A stretch of DNA of 64,000 bases from a candidate division FCPU426 bacterium. GTDB taxonomy: Bacteria; Oederibacteriota; Muellerivitia; Muellerivitales; Muellerivitaceae. A program made the translations under genes and the position numbers. Every line of letters begins with the position of its first letter. Position 1 is the first letter of the stretch. Shown here piece after piece: positions 8,638 to 19,284 of this stretch. The stretch covers positions 128,001 to 192,000 of the forward strand of contig CAWCKJ010000002.1 of the NCBI GenBank assembly GCA_963796105.1, read 5' to 3'. Under the pieces are notes generated by a model, which saw only the letters and a list, made by a program, of their open reading frames with translations, did no database searches and had not been told where the DNA came from.

Positions 8638-10109
8638 TGGTTATTCACCTCGTATAAAACCCAGTTTTGACCACCGGGTAATGTGATTCTTTTTGCCGTT
8701 GCCAAGCGGTCCTTCACAGATTGAAGGATGAAACCAGGGATATCAGATGTTGTTTTATCCCCCAATGTTTTGACTTTATCGAGAGTGAAATTTTTGTATT
8801 CAAGCAAATCAACAAACAGTCGGATTTTTCCAACGGCTGATTGCATTTGGCTAATTTCCTCGGAATTAAAACTTTTTTTTGCCAGTATCGGATGAAAGTA
8901 TGAATATTTCCAAGGTGAGAATATTTTAGAATGGTAATAAATACCCGCCTCATTTCCCCATAACAGGACCTCACTATTTTTATAACCTTTATTATGGATA
9001 TAATCCACGGTTTCCCAATAGGATTGCCAGCGGGGCTTGGCGCGATCCACACGAGCGATGAAACGATAAAAGCCTAAAACGAAAACGATGAGAATAGCAA
9101 TGCCGAAAATTAATCGCCGGCCCATGAGAAACTGGGACAAATCATTTAGGCCCTCCGCGTGACGCAACACGCCAAAAACTAAAGGTATCATCGGGACTAA
9201 AAAATAGTGCGGGGTGGCTCTCCAGGATAGAGAAGATAAAGCCACCTCGATTACAAAAACCAGAGCCAAAAACAGATCTTTTTTATCAAAGAAGGTATTC
9301 CGTCGATAGATTGCGCCTATGTATAAAACTATGAAAGGGGAGAGATATAAAAGGCATTTGATGACGGAAATGAATCTCGATAAAAACGTAACGTCGGAAT
9401 AATGGAGGTTGTATTTGAGAACCGCGTCAATTAAGGCGGACCTGGAAGCAGGGTCCCAAAACCAAACTATAAAGGGAAACGAACCAATAACCAGACCCAT
9501 TAAAACATATAAGGTGGTTTTGATTGGTTTATTAGAAAATAGAATTAACCATACCAAGCATAATGCAGTCGATGCGCCTAAATTGGGGCGAAGCATTATT
9601 TGAGCGATGAGACCTACGGAAAGTGAAAAGGTAACAAGAAAACTCTTTTTATTTTTAATTAGCATGGCCAAAGCCCAAGCTTGGAACGGCAATGCCCATT
9701 GCTCAGTTAAATTCCCGCTTTGCACTAAAAAGGCGAATTCCAAGGAGAAAATTGACAAAATCAAGAAAATAGTCAGAGAGTTTGTTTTTGATTCATTCAC
9801 TATCAAGATAATCGGAATAAAGGTTAAAACCAAAAATAATAATTGAAGCCCCCATACTCCCCAATCACCCCCTAGAAATATACCAAGGGCGTTTATGGCG
9901 AATACGAGTGGCCCTTTGTGGTCCCAAAAATCAATATACGCCCTTTTGCCCTCAAGCAAACTCCAACCCGAGTAAAGAAATACCCCAGGGTCGCTTAAAG
10001 GGGCTTTGCGTAAAAGGGGAAAAAAAAGAGTTGCGAGTATTATTGCGAATACAAAACTTGAAGAAATGACCGGTATGCGGTCTCTGGCAAATAATCCTTT
10101 ATCAAACAT
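8634..10109 (-). CDS. Polytopic membrane protein, GT-C (ArnT/GT39-like) glycosyltransferase
   Basis: D.GVFLY.G...YIDFWDHKGPL motif and many TM segments. Confidence 0.65.
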   Translation of the reverse strand: MFDKGLFARDRIPVISSSFVFAIILATLFFPLLRKAPLSDPGVFLYSGWSLLEGKRAYIDFWDHKGPLVFAINALGIFLGGDWGVWGLQLLFLVLTFIPIILIVNESKTNSLTIFLILSIFSLEFAFLVQSGNLTEQWALPFQAWALAMLIKNKKSFLVTFSLSVGLIAQIMLRPNLGASTALCLVWLILFSNKPIKTTLYVLMGLVIGSFPFIVWFWDPASRSALIDAVLKYNLHYSDVTFLSRFISVIKCLLYLSPFIVLYIGAIYRRNTFFDKKDLFLALVFVIEVALSSLSWRATPHYFLVPMIPLVFGVLRHAEGLNDLSQFLMGRRLIFGIAILIVFVLGFYRFIARVDRAKPRWQSYWETVDYIHNKGYKNSEVLLWGNEAGIYYHSKIFSPWKYSYFHPILAKKSFNSEEISQMQSAVGKIRLFVDLLEYKNFTLDKVKTLGDKTTSDIPGFILQSVKDRLATAKRITLPGGQNWVLYEVNNQ

Positions 10110-10749
10110 TCTTGATTATTCTTTTTGCGATTTTTTGGGCGGGGTTTCCACCGGCGATTGTCCATGGATCTACATTGTGAACGACCACAGCTCGAGCGGC
10201 TACTACCGCGCCATCTCCAATCTTGATCCCGGGTCCGATATAGGCTTCCGCGGCAATCCAGGCCTTTTCACCGATAAAAATGGGGGCGGTTAACAAATCA
10301 AAGGTTGAGGAACGAATATCATGAGTCGCGGTACATAAGAATGTTCTTTGGCTGACTGTAGTCCAAGCGCCAATAGTTATCCTATCCACGCAATAACAAT
10401 CAACTCCTGGGGCTAAACTTGAGCCTTCCGCCATTGTGAGATTCCACGGTGCCCAAATGCGAACACTGGGATAAATATGAACATGGGGGCCGATATATGC
10501 GCCAAATAGTTGTAATAGCATTCTCCGCCAGCCATGGAAGGGAATAGGCGATGGACGAAATAAAATCATCCAAATCAAACCCCATAAAATACGGATAAAT
10601 CTTGAGCCAAAATCAAAATGGCTTGAATAAGCATGAAGTTTTAAGGAATCCAATGAGTCATTTGATTTGGTGTTCAAAACAATTTCCTTACCTTTGAAAA
10701 TTATTCGGGTAATAAAAAAGGTGGTTTTATGCCTTTGCCCAAGATCCAT
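10102..10749 (-). CDS. wcaF: WcaF-like hexapeptide acetyltransferase
   Basis: WRRMLLQLFGA.IG..VHIYPSVRIWAPWNL, LCTATHD, GGNPA; true start may be slightly downstream. Confidence 0.85.
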   Translation of the reverse strand: MDLGQRHKTTFFITRIIFKGKEIVLNTKSNDSLDSLKLHAYSSHFDFGSRFIRILWGLIWMILFRPSPIPFHGWRRMLLQLFGAYIGPHVHIYPSVRIWAPWNLTMAEGSSLAPGVDCYCVDRITIGAWTTVSQRTFLCTATHDIRSSTFDLLTAPIFIGEKAWIAAEAYIGPGIKIGDGAVVAARAVVVHNVDPWTIAGGNPAQKIAKRIIKNV

Positions 10750-11861
10750 TCATATAATATTTTCATTTTTTTACCGGTGGATTTCCATGTGTATTTGGAC
10801 TCAACCAATTTTCGACCCCTGAGTCCCATATTCTGGAGTTCTTTTCCAGATATTTCAGTAGCCTTTCTCAAAGCTTGCGATAAAGATTCCGAACCGATAG
10901 GGATCCACCAACCGCAATCATGGGTATTCAGTTCTTCCCAAGGTGTTCCTTGGGTCGTAATGACTGGAATTCCATGAGCCAGGGCCTCTGTGACCGCGTT
11001 CCCGAAATTTTCATTGAAAGAGGGTAGGATAAACAAATCTGATTTTCGATAAAGATTCGATAATTCTTTTCCATAAACCGGGCCGAGATATACAAAATCA
11101 TCTTTCAAACCATATTTTTGAATTACTTTTTGGATGACGGCCATATATCCATTTTCATCCGGGCCTACCAAGATCATCCGCCAGTTTATCGGTCTGACCT
11201 CGGCCCATGCTTTAACGAGGTTTAATAAACCTTTTTTGGGGTGGATACGGGAGACGAAAAGAGCTGTTTTGGTTTTTCTTTTTTTAAAACGCGGATTTTG
11301 ATATTTGGGGATGATCACGCCATGGGGAATAACAGCGATTGCCCCCCTATACCCGAATTTTCTCAAGTCTTCACCCTCGCTTTTGGAAGTGACATGAATG
11401 GCTTTGGCGTTTTCCAAATCTTTTTGTTGATAGAGCCGCCAGGCGAGTTTTTTCTTTAAGTTTTTGTATTGGAAACTCCATTGTGTCAGCATCCCATGGG
11501 GGGTGACAACCATGGGTATTTTTAACTTTTGGGATATTTTGGAGATTGAATGGTTAATGGGCAACCAAACGCCATGATTGTGTATTAAATCAATATTTTC
11601 TTTAACGCAGATTTGCTCGAGCGTTAAATCCAACTGTGGTGAATAAAATTTATTAGAAAAAATAGAGCGAGTACTATTGATTGATATGAGTTTGACCGCG
11701 GTTTCATCTAAAAAATCTGATGTTTCTTCTTTATCTTTTTGAATGGTTACTAAAATTCTTTTGACTTTAAGTTTTGCTAATTCATTACTCCAGGATGGAA
11801 CGCTATAGGAAGTTCCCCCTCCGGATTTAGATAAACCTCCAACAACTGCCAAAGTATTCAT
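10701..11861 (-). CDS. GT4 glycosyltransferase
   Basis: SRIHPKKG, PSFNENFGNAVTEALAHG. Confidence 0.9.
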   Translation of the reverse strand: MNTLAVVGGLSKSGGGTSYSVPSWSNELAKLKVKRILVTIQKDKEETSDFLDETAVKLISINSTRSIFSNKFYSPQLDLTLEQICVKENIDLIHNHGVWLPINHSISKISQKLKIPMVVTPHGMLTQWSFQYKNLKKKLAWRLYQQKDLENAKAIHVTSKSEGEDLRKFGYRGAIAVIPHGVIIPKYQNPRFKKRKTKTALFVSRIHPKKGLLNLVKAWAEVRPINWRMILVGPDENGYMAVIQKVIQKYGLKDDFVYLGPVYGKELSNLYRKSDLFILPSFNENFGNAVTEALAHGIPVITTQGTPWEELNTHDCGWWIPIGSESLSQALRKATEISGKELQNMGLRGRKLVESKYTWKSTGKKMKILYEWILGKGIKPPFLLPE

Positions 11862-13126
11862 TTATGATTTCTTTTGAAGTCGGTATTTTGATTAAGGGTA
11901 TATTGCCTCTTAAGAAGTTTTTGTTGAATGACGCAAAAAATATAAAAAGCGAAAATAGGAAAAGCTAAATTGCTTAAGATATATCCTTCGAAGATGGCTC
12001 CGATGAAATAAGCAATAAAACTGGCGAAAATCATTTGGGCGAGATTTATCATATGTGGATCGCCGGTAGTTTGCCGTAAGCCGCGGTAAGAAGTTTTTAA
12101 GGCGGAAAACGCCAGCAAAGTCACGAGCACAAGTCCGAAAAATCCTCCGCGCGCGGCAATGAGAAGGTAAGAACTTACCGACTCTTTGATTTCGTCCAAA
12201 GGAGCGCCGAAAGCAGGTTTACTAAGAAAGGTATTCATGAGGTTTGACCAATGAGAACTGCGGGTATCCTGGGCCGAAAAAATATGGGTAAGGGCGGTGG
12301 AAAAATTGGGGTAAACCAATGTCACTACATATATGGCGAGAATCGTGGAAATTATTATTATTTGCGTTATTAACCGTAAATTCCTGTGGAAATAAAATAT
12401 GAAAGCGATGAACAACATTACAAAACCTGTTCTTGATCCAGTCCAAATGAGGAAGATGAAAAATAGTGTCTCGATTAGATACCAGATAATCGGTTTTAAC
12501 CTTCCACTGGCGGTTTTGGCCATCCAGTGACAAGGTAAAATCAATAAAGCCAGTATGACAGCCGCGTGTTGGGGACTACCGGTGGTTCCGAATAAACGTC
12601 CTTGCCAAATGATTGCGGTGGGATTTAAAAAGAGTTGAGTAGATGAAAAAAGAAGAAAAATTATGCCGCTTCCCACAAAACTCCTTATCAAATCCCGCAT
12701 ATTCTCACCGGATTGGATCCAACTCGGTAGATTCATGGCAAAGACCAGGAATAGCAGGAAATTGAGGATAAGGCGTATTAACGAATCTGATTCATTGCCC
12801 CTGAATAATTCTAGAAAATTAATGTAAAACTGGAGAAAAAAGAAAAGGATAACAGGCGCAAAAACATTTCGGGTCATTTTCTTATTTTTCAAGAAGAAAA
12901 ATAAAAAAAGGGCTAATAAGCACCCGACGCTAATTGGGCGGCTTAAATTCCTGAGTGTTTCAAGTGGACGGATGAGGTGATTGTCCAAGCCTTGGATACC
13001 GGTCGTTTCCATCGAGGAAAGATATACGGTAAATGAAAGGACAAGCCATTTGGCTTTCGGGAAAAATAAAAGAATGGGGTAAGTGAAGAGGCCGAACAAA
13101 AGGAGAACTTCTATCATTTTTTGCAT
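11858..13126 (-). CDS. wzy: Wzy-like polymerase / O-antigen ligase family
   Basis: About 11 TM segments, TGSRTG motif, low GC, within a Wzx/Wzc cluster. Confidence 0.7.
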   Translation of the reverse strand: MQKMIEVLLLFGLFTYPILLFFPKAKWLVLSFTVYLSSMETTGIQGLDNHLIRPLETLRNLSRPISVGCLLALFLFFFLKNKKMTRNVFAPVILFFFLQFYINFLELFRGNESDSLIRLILNFLLFLVFAMNLPSWIQSGENMRDLIRSFVGSGIIFLLFSSTQLFLNPTAIIWQGRLFGTTGSPQHAAVILALLILPCHWMAKTASGRLKPIIWYLIETLFFIFLIWTGSRTGFVMLFIAFIFYFHRNLRLITQIIIISTILAIYVVTLVYPNFSTALTHIFSAQDTRSSHWSNLMNTFLSKPAFGAPLDEIKESVSSYLLIAARGGFFGLVLVTLLAFSALKTSYRGLRQTTGDPHMINLAQMIFASFIAYFIGAIFEGYILSNLAFPIFAFYIFCVIQQKLLKRQYTLNQNTDFKRNHK

Positions 13127-13200
13127 GATTGTTTTTTAACTTTCAATGAAATGTTGATTCGCGCAAGAATTATTGATTTTCTTGAAACATATTCACTGCT

Positions 13201-14370
13201 TTACCTTTTTGCCAGTAAATATAAAAACACCGAATCAATTAAGTTTGGCTTTTTTCTTATCGATAACAAAGCCTTTTCCATCGTTTTATGAGCGCCTTGG
13301 GCAAAACGGTTAGGCCCCCATTTGGAGATGATTTTAAGGCCGTTAGATGCCCATGTCTTTCGCAATTTATTATCACTTGCCAGTTTCACCATTAACGCTG
13401 ATAAAGATTCAGCGTCACCAGGGGAGAAGGTAGTTCCCGTGTTTTTATCCATTACCAATTCCGGCGCGCAACCACAAATATTTGAGATGATGACAGGCGT
13501 GCCGCAAGCCATACTCTCATTTACGACCAAACCCCAAGGTTCGATTTTACTGGGTAGGATTGTGGCGGCCGCCAGACTATAAATCGCTGGTAAGTTTTCA
13601 TAACCGCATTTACCTAAAAAATGAATATTATTTTCAATTTTCAAATTGCTTGCTTGTGCTTTCAATTTTTCTAATAGGGGTCCATGACCGGCAATGACCA
13701 AATGCCATTGATTTCCAAGACCTTGATTAATAGCGTTAGAAAAAGCCTGGATTGCTGTACTTATGTTTTTTTCTTCGGAAAGGCGGGCGACAATTAAAAA
13801 ATATTTTTCCGGCAAATTTAAACGTTTTCGTGTTTGGCTTCTTTTAAGCCGGGCTGATTGGGCTTGTTTAAAAAAATAAGTGTTGTCCACGACATAAAAA
13901 CCTTTTTGAATGCCGCCTCGAAAACCGAGCTCAATCAAGTATTTTTCCTGCGAGACGCCCGCGACTAACGCCGCGGAAAATAAGTTCACGATCCTGGATT
14001 TGACCCATTCCCCCAAAAAATTCCTAGGCCGGTCCATTTCCGTCGTATCGCTCATGACGATAGACGGCACTTTATTCTTCAAACACCACCCCAAAGCCCG
14101 TAAAGAAAATGGCGAAAACCAGCCCAATATAAACAGGGCATCAGGCTGTAATGTGTTTAACCAAGTGAATAACTCATGACAGGATTCGGAATTCGTGTCA
14201 TCAAACAATCTGGCCTTCAGGCCCCCTGAAAAATCACTTGTTTCATAAGCCACTTTTTTGTTTTTGTTGCTGAAAATTCCCACATGTAATGATACGAGCT
14301 TGGATAATGCTTTAATTCGGGCCCAATGATAGGGACCCGCGTTATTGAATAATAGAACGACTTTTTTCAT
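13201..14370 (-). CDS. GT4 glycosyltransferase
   Basis: ARLSEEKN, PSKIEPWGLVVNESMACG. Confidence 0.9.
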   Translation of the reverse strand: MKKVVLLFNNAGPYHWARIKALSKLVSLHVGIFSNKNKKVAYETSDFSGGLKARLFDDTNSESCHELFTWLNTLQPDALFILGWFSPFSLRALGWCLKNKVPSIVMSDTTEMDRPRNFLGEWVKSRIVNLFSAALVAGVSQEKYLIELGFRGGIQKGFYVVDNTYFFKQAQSARLKRSQTRKRLNLPEKYFLIVARLSEEKNISTAIQAFSNAINQGLGNQWHLVIAGHGPLLEKLKAQASNLKIENNIHFLGKCGYENLPAIYSLAAATILPSKIEPWGLVVNESMACGTPVIISNICGCAPELVMDKNTGTTFSPGDAESLSALMVKLASDNKLRKTWASNGLKIISKWGPNRFAQGAHKTMEKALLSIRKKPNLIDSVFLYLLAKR

Positions 14371-14394
14371 GTGAAACCCCGTGATAAACCTTTT

Positions 14395-15357
14395 TTAAGT
14401 TGTTCGATCTGATTTATGGTCGATGGATTGATTCATGCTGGGAGAGGACTCATATTCCTTAAAGTAGGTATTTTTCCCAAATAACGTGCTGAGTTGTCCA
14501 CAAGCCCCGCAAATATAAGTCAGCAATCTAACAAAGGCGGGAAAGGATAAAATAAGGTAAATAGGCGTGATCAATATACCCCCAAGTATTTGGGTGATTT
14601 TTAACATCAACCAATATAATTTTCGGGGAAGGGAATACTCTTTCATATAAATCCTCGCGTTAGTTTGGCCACTGCGGAAACCGCGTCTGCAAACCCAGCC
14701 GATTGTCAGGCGCTGATTCGGCACAGGTTCATTCACGATTCCTTCATTTCCCTGGATCAATTTTCCGCCTAATTTCGATAAACGATAAAAGAATTCCGTA
14801 TCCCCTCCGCCTGTCAACCCATAGGCCGGATCGAATAACTGGGGGGGAGTTCCCAATGCCGCGGCGTGAATGAGTACATTTGAGGTATAACCGGTGGTAA
14901 CCACTTTTCCAGTTACCAATATAGGCCTAACGAAGCAGGGATGGCTTTTGGCCCATTTTGGGGCATTTCCCGGTAGAATGCTTTGTACTTTACCAAACAC
15001 CACATCCACGTTGGACTTATTCATGGCATTAAACAATTCCATAAGCCAATTCGGTTCCGCGATTTCGTCATCGTCGATAAAAGCGAAGTATTCGGATTTG
15101 ACGTTTTGGATAGCCCGATTGCGGGCGTAGGAAATGCCTTGCCGTGGCTCTATATCATAAATGACATCAAAAGTAGAATTGGTTTTGAATGTTTCAGCAA
15201 CACTTCGGGCGCTTGCCGCGGAATCATTATCCACTACGATAACTCGCATGTTTAAACCCGTTAACTTTTGTCCGGCTAGGGAAACCAATAAATTCTTAAG
15301 CCCATTGGGCCGTTTGTAAGTCGCGATACAAACATCAATTGTTAATTTATGGTTCAA
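14395..15357 (-). CDS. GT2 glycosyltransferase (ExoM-like)
   Basis: CIATYKRP, VVDND, FIDDDE, TGGGDTEFF. Confidence 0.85.
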   Translation of the reverse strand: MNHKLTIDVCIATYKRPNGLKNLLVSLAGQKLTGLNMRVIVVDNDSAASARSVAETFKTNSTFDVIYDIEPRQGISYARNRAIQNVKSEYFAFIDDDEIAEPNWLMELFNAMNKSNVDVVFGKVQSILPGNAPKWAKSHPCFVRPILVTGKVVTTGYTSNVLIHAAALGTPPQLFDPAYGLTGGGDTEFFYRLSKLGGKLIQGNEGIVNEPVPNQRLTIGWVCRRGFRSGQTNARIYMKEYSLPRKLYWLMLKITQILGGILITPIYLILSFPAFVRLLTYICGACGQLSTLFGKNTYFKEYESSPSMNQSIDHKSDRTT

Positions 15358-15385
15358 AATCTTTTTCCCTTGTAAATGAATCGAT

Positions 15386-16402
15386 TCAGTTTATTTCCGG
15401 AATTTGGACTGATTTCGTGCGTATTCTTGTGATTGTTTTCCAAAGCCAATGGTTATTGACCCAAAATCTTAAAAATAATCGGGCGATCTTGGGTGAATTT
15501 CGCAACAAATATACGCCAGCAATGCCAAGCTTCATCCTGAATGAAGGAATGGTGAATAGCGCTTGCCAATTCCATTCTTGGAACCCATCAAACCCATCGC
15601 AACTCTTCATTAATTTTTCAACTTTGGAAACCATCTCTACTCGGCTCCGGTAGATGGATATACTTTCAGGGTTACATCCCTTGGATTCAGCGAATTCAGC
15701 CACGTATTTTTGCCCCATCAGCACTTCTTTGGTTCTCGCCGAGAAAATTCCGACTCCAGAGCGATAGATGCCCAGGTATTCATCGATATACCCAACAGAA
15801 CCACATAGGGCGCGGTCAATATACAATAGCCTGTCTATGATTGGCTTCTCAGATTCCCATAAAGTTTGACGGTTTTTCCGAAACATGGTGGAACTGTTCA
15901 CGAAAGGCAGTCTTTTTAATAATAAGTCATCAACGGATAATGAATTCCACGCGATTCCCAATTCCAGGGGAATAAAACTTCCATCCGGGTTCAATTGCCA
16001 TACTTTATGCCCAACCATGCTGAAATCCGGGTGGGAGTCCAAATAATCAGCCTGCCTCTGGAGTTTTCCTGGGAGCATCTTGTCATCCCCATCACATTGG
16101 GCGATATAGGCGCCCTTGGACCGGCGGTATAAATCCAGGACATTATTGGAGGAACCGATGTTTTTCTTCCGCCAAATAGGGATAACCAAATTCGGGAACC
16201 GGCCCGCGTAATCCTTCAAAACACGCCGTGACGGCAAATCAGTCGAGGAATCATCCCCGACCAAAATCTCAAATGGGAAGCTTGTTTTCTGCGTGACAAT
16301 ACTTTCCAGGCATTCAGCCAGCCAATTCCCTTGGTTAAAAGTGGGAACGGTGACAGTCACCTTTGGCTTGGAAATATTTTTGCCATTATTCGCCTTCGGC
16401 AC
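15386..16402 (-). CDS. GT2 glycosyltransferase
   Basis: TFNQ, GDDSSTD, CDGDD...KLQRQ. Confidence 0.88.
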   Translation of the reverse strand: MPKANNGKNISKPKVTVTVPTFNQGNWLAECLESIVTQKTSFPFEILVGDDSSTDLPSRRVLKDYAGRFPNLVIPIWRKKNIGSSNNVLDLYRRSKGAYIAQCDGDDKMLPGKLQRQADYLDSHPDFSMVGHKVWQLNPDGSFIPLELGIAWNSLSVDDLLLKRLPFVNSSTMFRKNRQTLWESEKPIIDRLLYIDRALCGSVGYIDEYLGIYRSGVGIFSARTKEVLMGQKYVAEFAESKGCNPESISIYRSRVEMVSKVEKLMKSCDGFDGFQEWNWQALFTIPSFRMKLGIAGVYLLRNSPKIARLFLRFWVNNHWLWKTITRIRTKSVQIPEIN

Positions 16403-17921
16403 GCGCTGCCCCCAATAATTGTGATGTTTTTTTTATAATCAATGAAATTTCATCCCTACCCTCACGCGTCACCAAAGAAGTAAAGATGAGAGTCGCGATA
16501 GACCATAGGGCCAACAGGGAAATTGTCCATTTCCGGGATTCGCAGTTTAAGGGCGCCATGCTCATCAGAAAAGCCATAAAAGCCAAGGCTCCGACAACCG
16601 GCAAAATATCTTTTATCAACCAAGTCATATGTTGTTTCGGCAAAAAACGATGATGAACAATGGGTGTCCATCCCAGGAGGAAGAGAAGGTTAATCATCAT
16701 CCACATGAATGACGCCCCCGCCATGCCGTAATGGATTGCGGCCCAAATGATGCTTGGCACCAGAACAATGGGGAAAATAATGTTTCCTTTTATATGAAGA
16801 CGAAGGTCGCCATGCGCGAACTGGAGGTTGTATTGCAGTCTTGAGACGGCCAGGAAAAAATTTCCCAGAGCGTAGAATAAAAGGACTTTTGCAGCTTGGG
16901 AGGCAATGGACAGATCCCCCGTCCAGGCCCATAAGAGAGGTTGGGCGTACATCACCAATATGACGGCCGCGGAACCGGAAATAACGCAGTTGATCCTGGT
17001 CGTTTTCCGGTAAAGGGCGCATAAGTCATCCGGCTTTTTTTCCGCCACGAGGCGGGTAAGCCTGGGCAAAACCGCTTGGGTGATGGGGTTGATCAATATC
17101 ATGATCCCCCCTGCCGCCGTCACCGCGATGGCGTAACAGGCGTACTTGGAAAGGGGGAGTAACTTGGTCAGGACCAGCTTGTCGGTTTGTGTGACCATGG
17201 TCCAAACGAACGATAAAAACGCCACGCTCAGCGCGAACCGCCATATATTCTTGAGGGGGGCCAGGGTCCAGGGGCGTTTAAAACCTTCCGGCCAGGATGG
17301 AAGAAACCGATAGTTTAAGCTGGTCAAAAAAATAAGTTCCAACAACGCGACTAGGGCCTGGTAGGTGAAAAAGACTCGGGGGGTGGCTCCCAGCCAATTG
17401 AAAACCGGGATGATGCCCACGAACCGGATCGTCGCGATCGTGATATTGACGGTATTTAACCACACCTGACGCTCGAAACTGGTGATTACGCTCCGGAATA
17501 TGCCCGACGGCCACTTGAGGGCGAAAACGATGCCCATCAACGCGATTGCCAGGCTGACTTCGTCATAGGGAAGGTTCTCCACCTTGAGCCAATGCTTGGC
17601 GATGATTTCCGATGAGAACCCCACGGCTGTCACGATTACCAGGCCGATACCAGAAAACAACATTAACATCGCCCGTTCAAGGGAGCGCAGTTCGCCCGCG
17701 TCAATCGCTCCGCCCCGGAAACGCGCCACTTCGCGGCCCAAGGCCGGCGTGAAACCCATGTCAATCAAAGCCAGCCAAGTGGTCATAATCCCGAAAAACC
17801 CGACCAGTCCATAGGCTTCCTTGCCCATGAAACGCAAATAGACCGGCAGCATGATGATGCCGATAATAGTCACATAGAATTGTCCTATGTAGTTGGCGAT
17901 GACATTGTGTTTAATCGACAT
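16386..17921 (-). CDS. wzx: Wzx O-unit flippase
   Basis: NVIANYIGQ...G.EAYGLVGF, TQTDKLVL, 12-14 TM segments. Confidence 0.88.
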   Translation of the reverse strand: MSIKHNVIANYIGQFYVTIIGIIMLPVYLRFMGKEAYGLVGFFGIMTTWLALIDMGFTPALGREVARFRGGAIDAGELRSLERAMLMLFSGIGLVIVTAVGFSSEIIAKHWLKVENLPYDEVSLAIALMGIVFALKWPSGIFRSVITSFERQVWLNTVNITIATIRFVGIIPVFNWLGATPRVFFTYQALVALLELIFLTSLNYRFLPSWPEGFKRPWTLAPLKNIWRFALSVAFLSFVWTMVTQTDKLVLTKLLPLSKYACYAIAVTAAGGIMILINPITQAVLPRLTRLVAEKKPDDLCALYRKTTRINCVISGSAAVILVMYAQPLLWAWTGDLSIASQAAKVLLFYALGNFFLAVSRLQYNLQFAHGDLRLHIKGNIIFPIVLVPSIIWAAIHYGMAGASFMWMMINLLFLLGWTPIVHHRFLPKQHMTWLIKDILPVVGALAFMAFLMSMAPLNCESRKWTISLLALWSIATLIFTSLVTREGRDEISLIIKKTSQLLGAARAEGE

Positions 17922-17988
17922 GTATTCTTTCCGTCGAAAATGTTATTTGAGGTTTAAGCTTTAATTGGCGGCACAATGGGAACGTCTG

Positions 17989-19284
17989 TTAATCAACCCT
18001 GTTGATCAGGGCCTCGATCATACCGCAATCGAAAGTTGGTATGGAACATTTAGCGCTCACTTCAAGTCTTTCCGAGAAACTATCGTCCACGAAAATTGAG
18101 TTTTTATCTTTGACATAATTCGATTTTTTCGCGGTTTCGGGCAAAACATTCACCGTGTCGAAAAGCTCCGAGATGCGGTGTTGTTTAAGGGTTTGGCGGA
18201 TATCCCCCCGATGCCTTGTTAATAGATGGACTTTTTTTCCTGCTTCCACGCACATATGAATCAACAGCATGGCTTGTGAATTTAATTGCCCATGTAGGAT
18301 GAGGGTGTCGTCCAAATCGATATAAAGGGAAGAGTATTCGATGCTCATTTTATAGCGGACGCTATTGAGCGCCCGATCCATCTCAATGGATCCATTGTTG
18401 GTTAAAATGGAAATTGGCTGGCGTTCCTCCTCGAATAGGCTGAGTAAGGGGAAATTCACGCCCATGGCCCGATGAACCGCCATAGCTCCCGCTATCCGCG
18501 GGGCGACCTCCAAGAGCACAAGCTTTCCATCCGCCGCGCGCTTAAGCTGGAAAAACCAGGCGCCTCTCATCCTCAAAGTTTTTCCTATGATTTCGGCGAA
18601 TTCATTGGCACCCGGAAGGTCAATGGTGCGGGTATTGACGGAAATGCCGTTTCTGATTCGGCCGCGAGTCCGAGCGCCATAAAACAAAAGCCCTTGGTCG
18701 CGGTCGGAAAAACAATCGACGGTGAACTCATCCCCGGGTAGGTACTCGCAAATGATGGGATCATTCAATAATTTCATGTTGTAGGCAAGCTCATATTCAT
18801 TCGATACGCGAACAACCCCTTGTGAGCCCTGGCCGCTATCCGGTTTCACGAAAACAGGGTAAGAGGATACATCCGATGGGCTTGAAAACAATTTTGGAAC
18901 TTTGAGCAGGTTGGAAAGCTTATCGTAGGTTTTGGATTTTGAGCGGCATATGACACAGGCGGGGGTCGGGGAAGTAATGACGCGGGCAGGAATATTATCC
19001 TGGTTCAACGCCAAGGCGACTATAGCGTCATCATGGCCTGGAAAGATGTAATCAATGTGAAGCTGTCCGCATAAGGCGGATAATTGCCCCAGCCATCCTT
19101 CCTCATGGACACTTTTTAAAAGGTGGTATTTCTTGTATATAAAGCGCGCGTGGTTGGAGACATCCTGGCCCGCGCCGAACAGGTTTACTTCCTTGCACAT
19201 CGATAAGGAACGGTGAATCTCAAGGCCTATCTCACTGCCAGCCGGGAATAATAAGACATTCCTTTTTTTTATGGCTATTCCCAT
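17989..19284 (-). CDS. ATP-grasp (carbamoyl-phosphate-synthase-like) enzyme fused to C-terminal HAD-like domain
   Basis: FVKPDSGQGS, EYLPGDEFTVD and LLEVAPR, then IDLDDTL and FVDDSFSE. Confidence 0.78.
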   Translation of the reverse strand: MGIAIKKRNVLLFPAGSEIGLEIHRSLSMCKEVNLFGAGQDVSNHARFIYKKYHLLKSVHEEGWLGQLSALCGQLHIDYIFPGHDDAIVALALNQDNIPARVITSPTPACVICRSKSKTYDKLSNLLKVPKLFSSPSDVSSYPVFVKPDSGQGSQGVVRVSNEYELAYNMKLLNDPIICEYLPGDEFTVDCFSDRDQGLLFYGARTRGRIRNGISVNTRTIDLPGANEFAEIIGKTLRMRGAWFFQLKRAADGKLVLLEVAPRIAGAMAVHRAMGVNFPLLSLFEEERQPISILTNNGSIEMDRALNSVRYKMSIEYSSLYIDLDDTLILHGQLNSQAMLLIHMCVEAGKKVHLLTRHRGDIRQTLKQHRISELFDTVNVLPETAKKSNYVKDKNSIFVDDSFSERLEVSAKCSIPTFDCGMIEALINRVD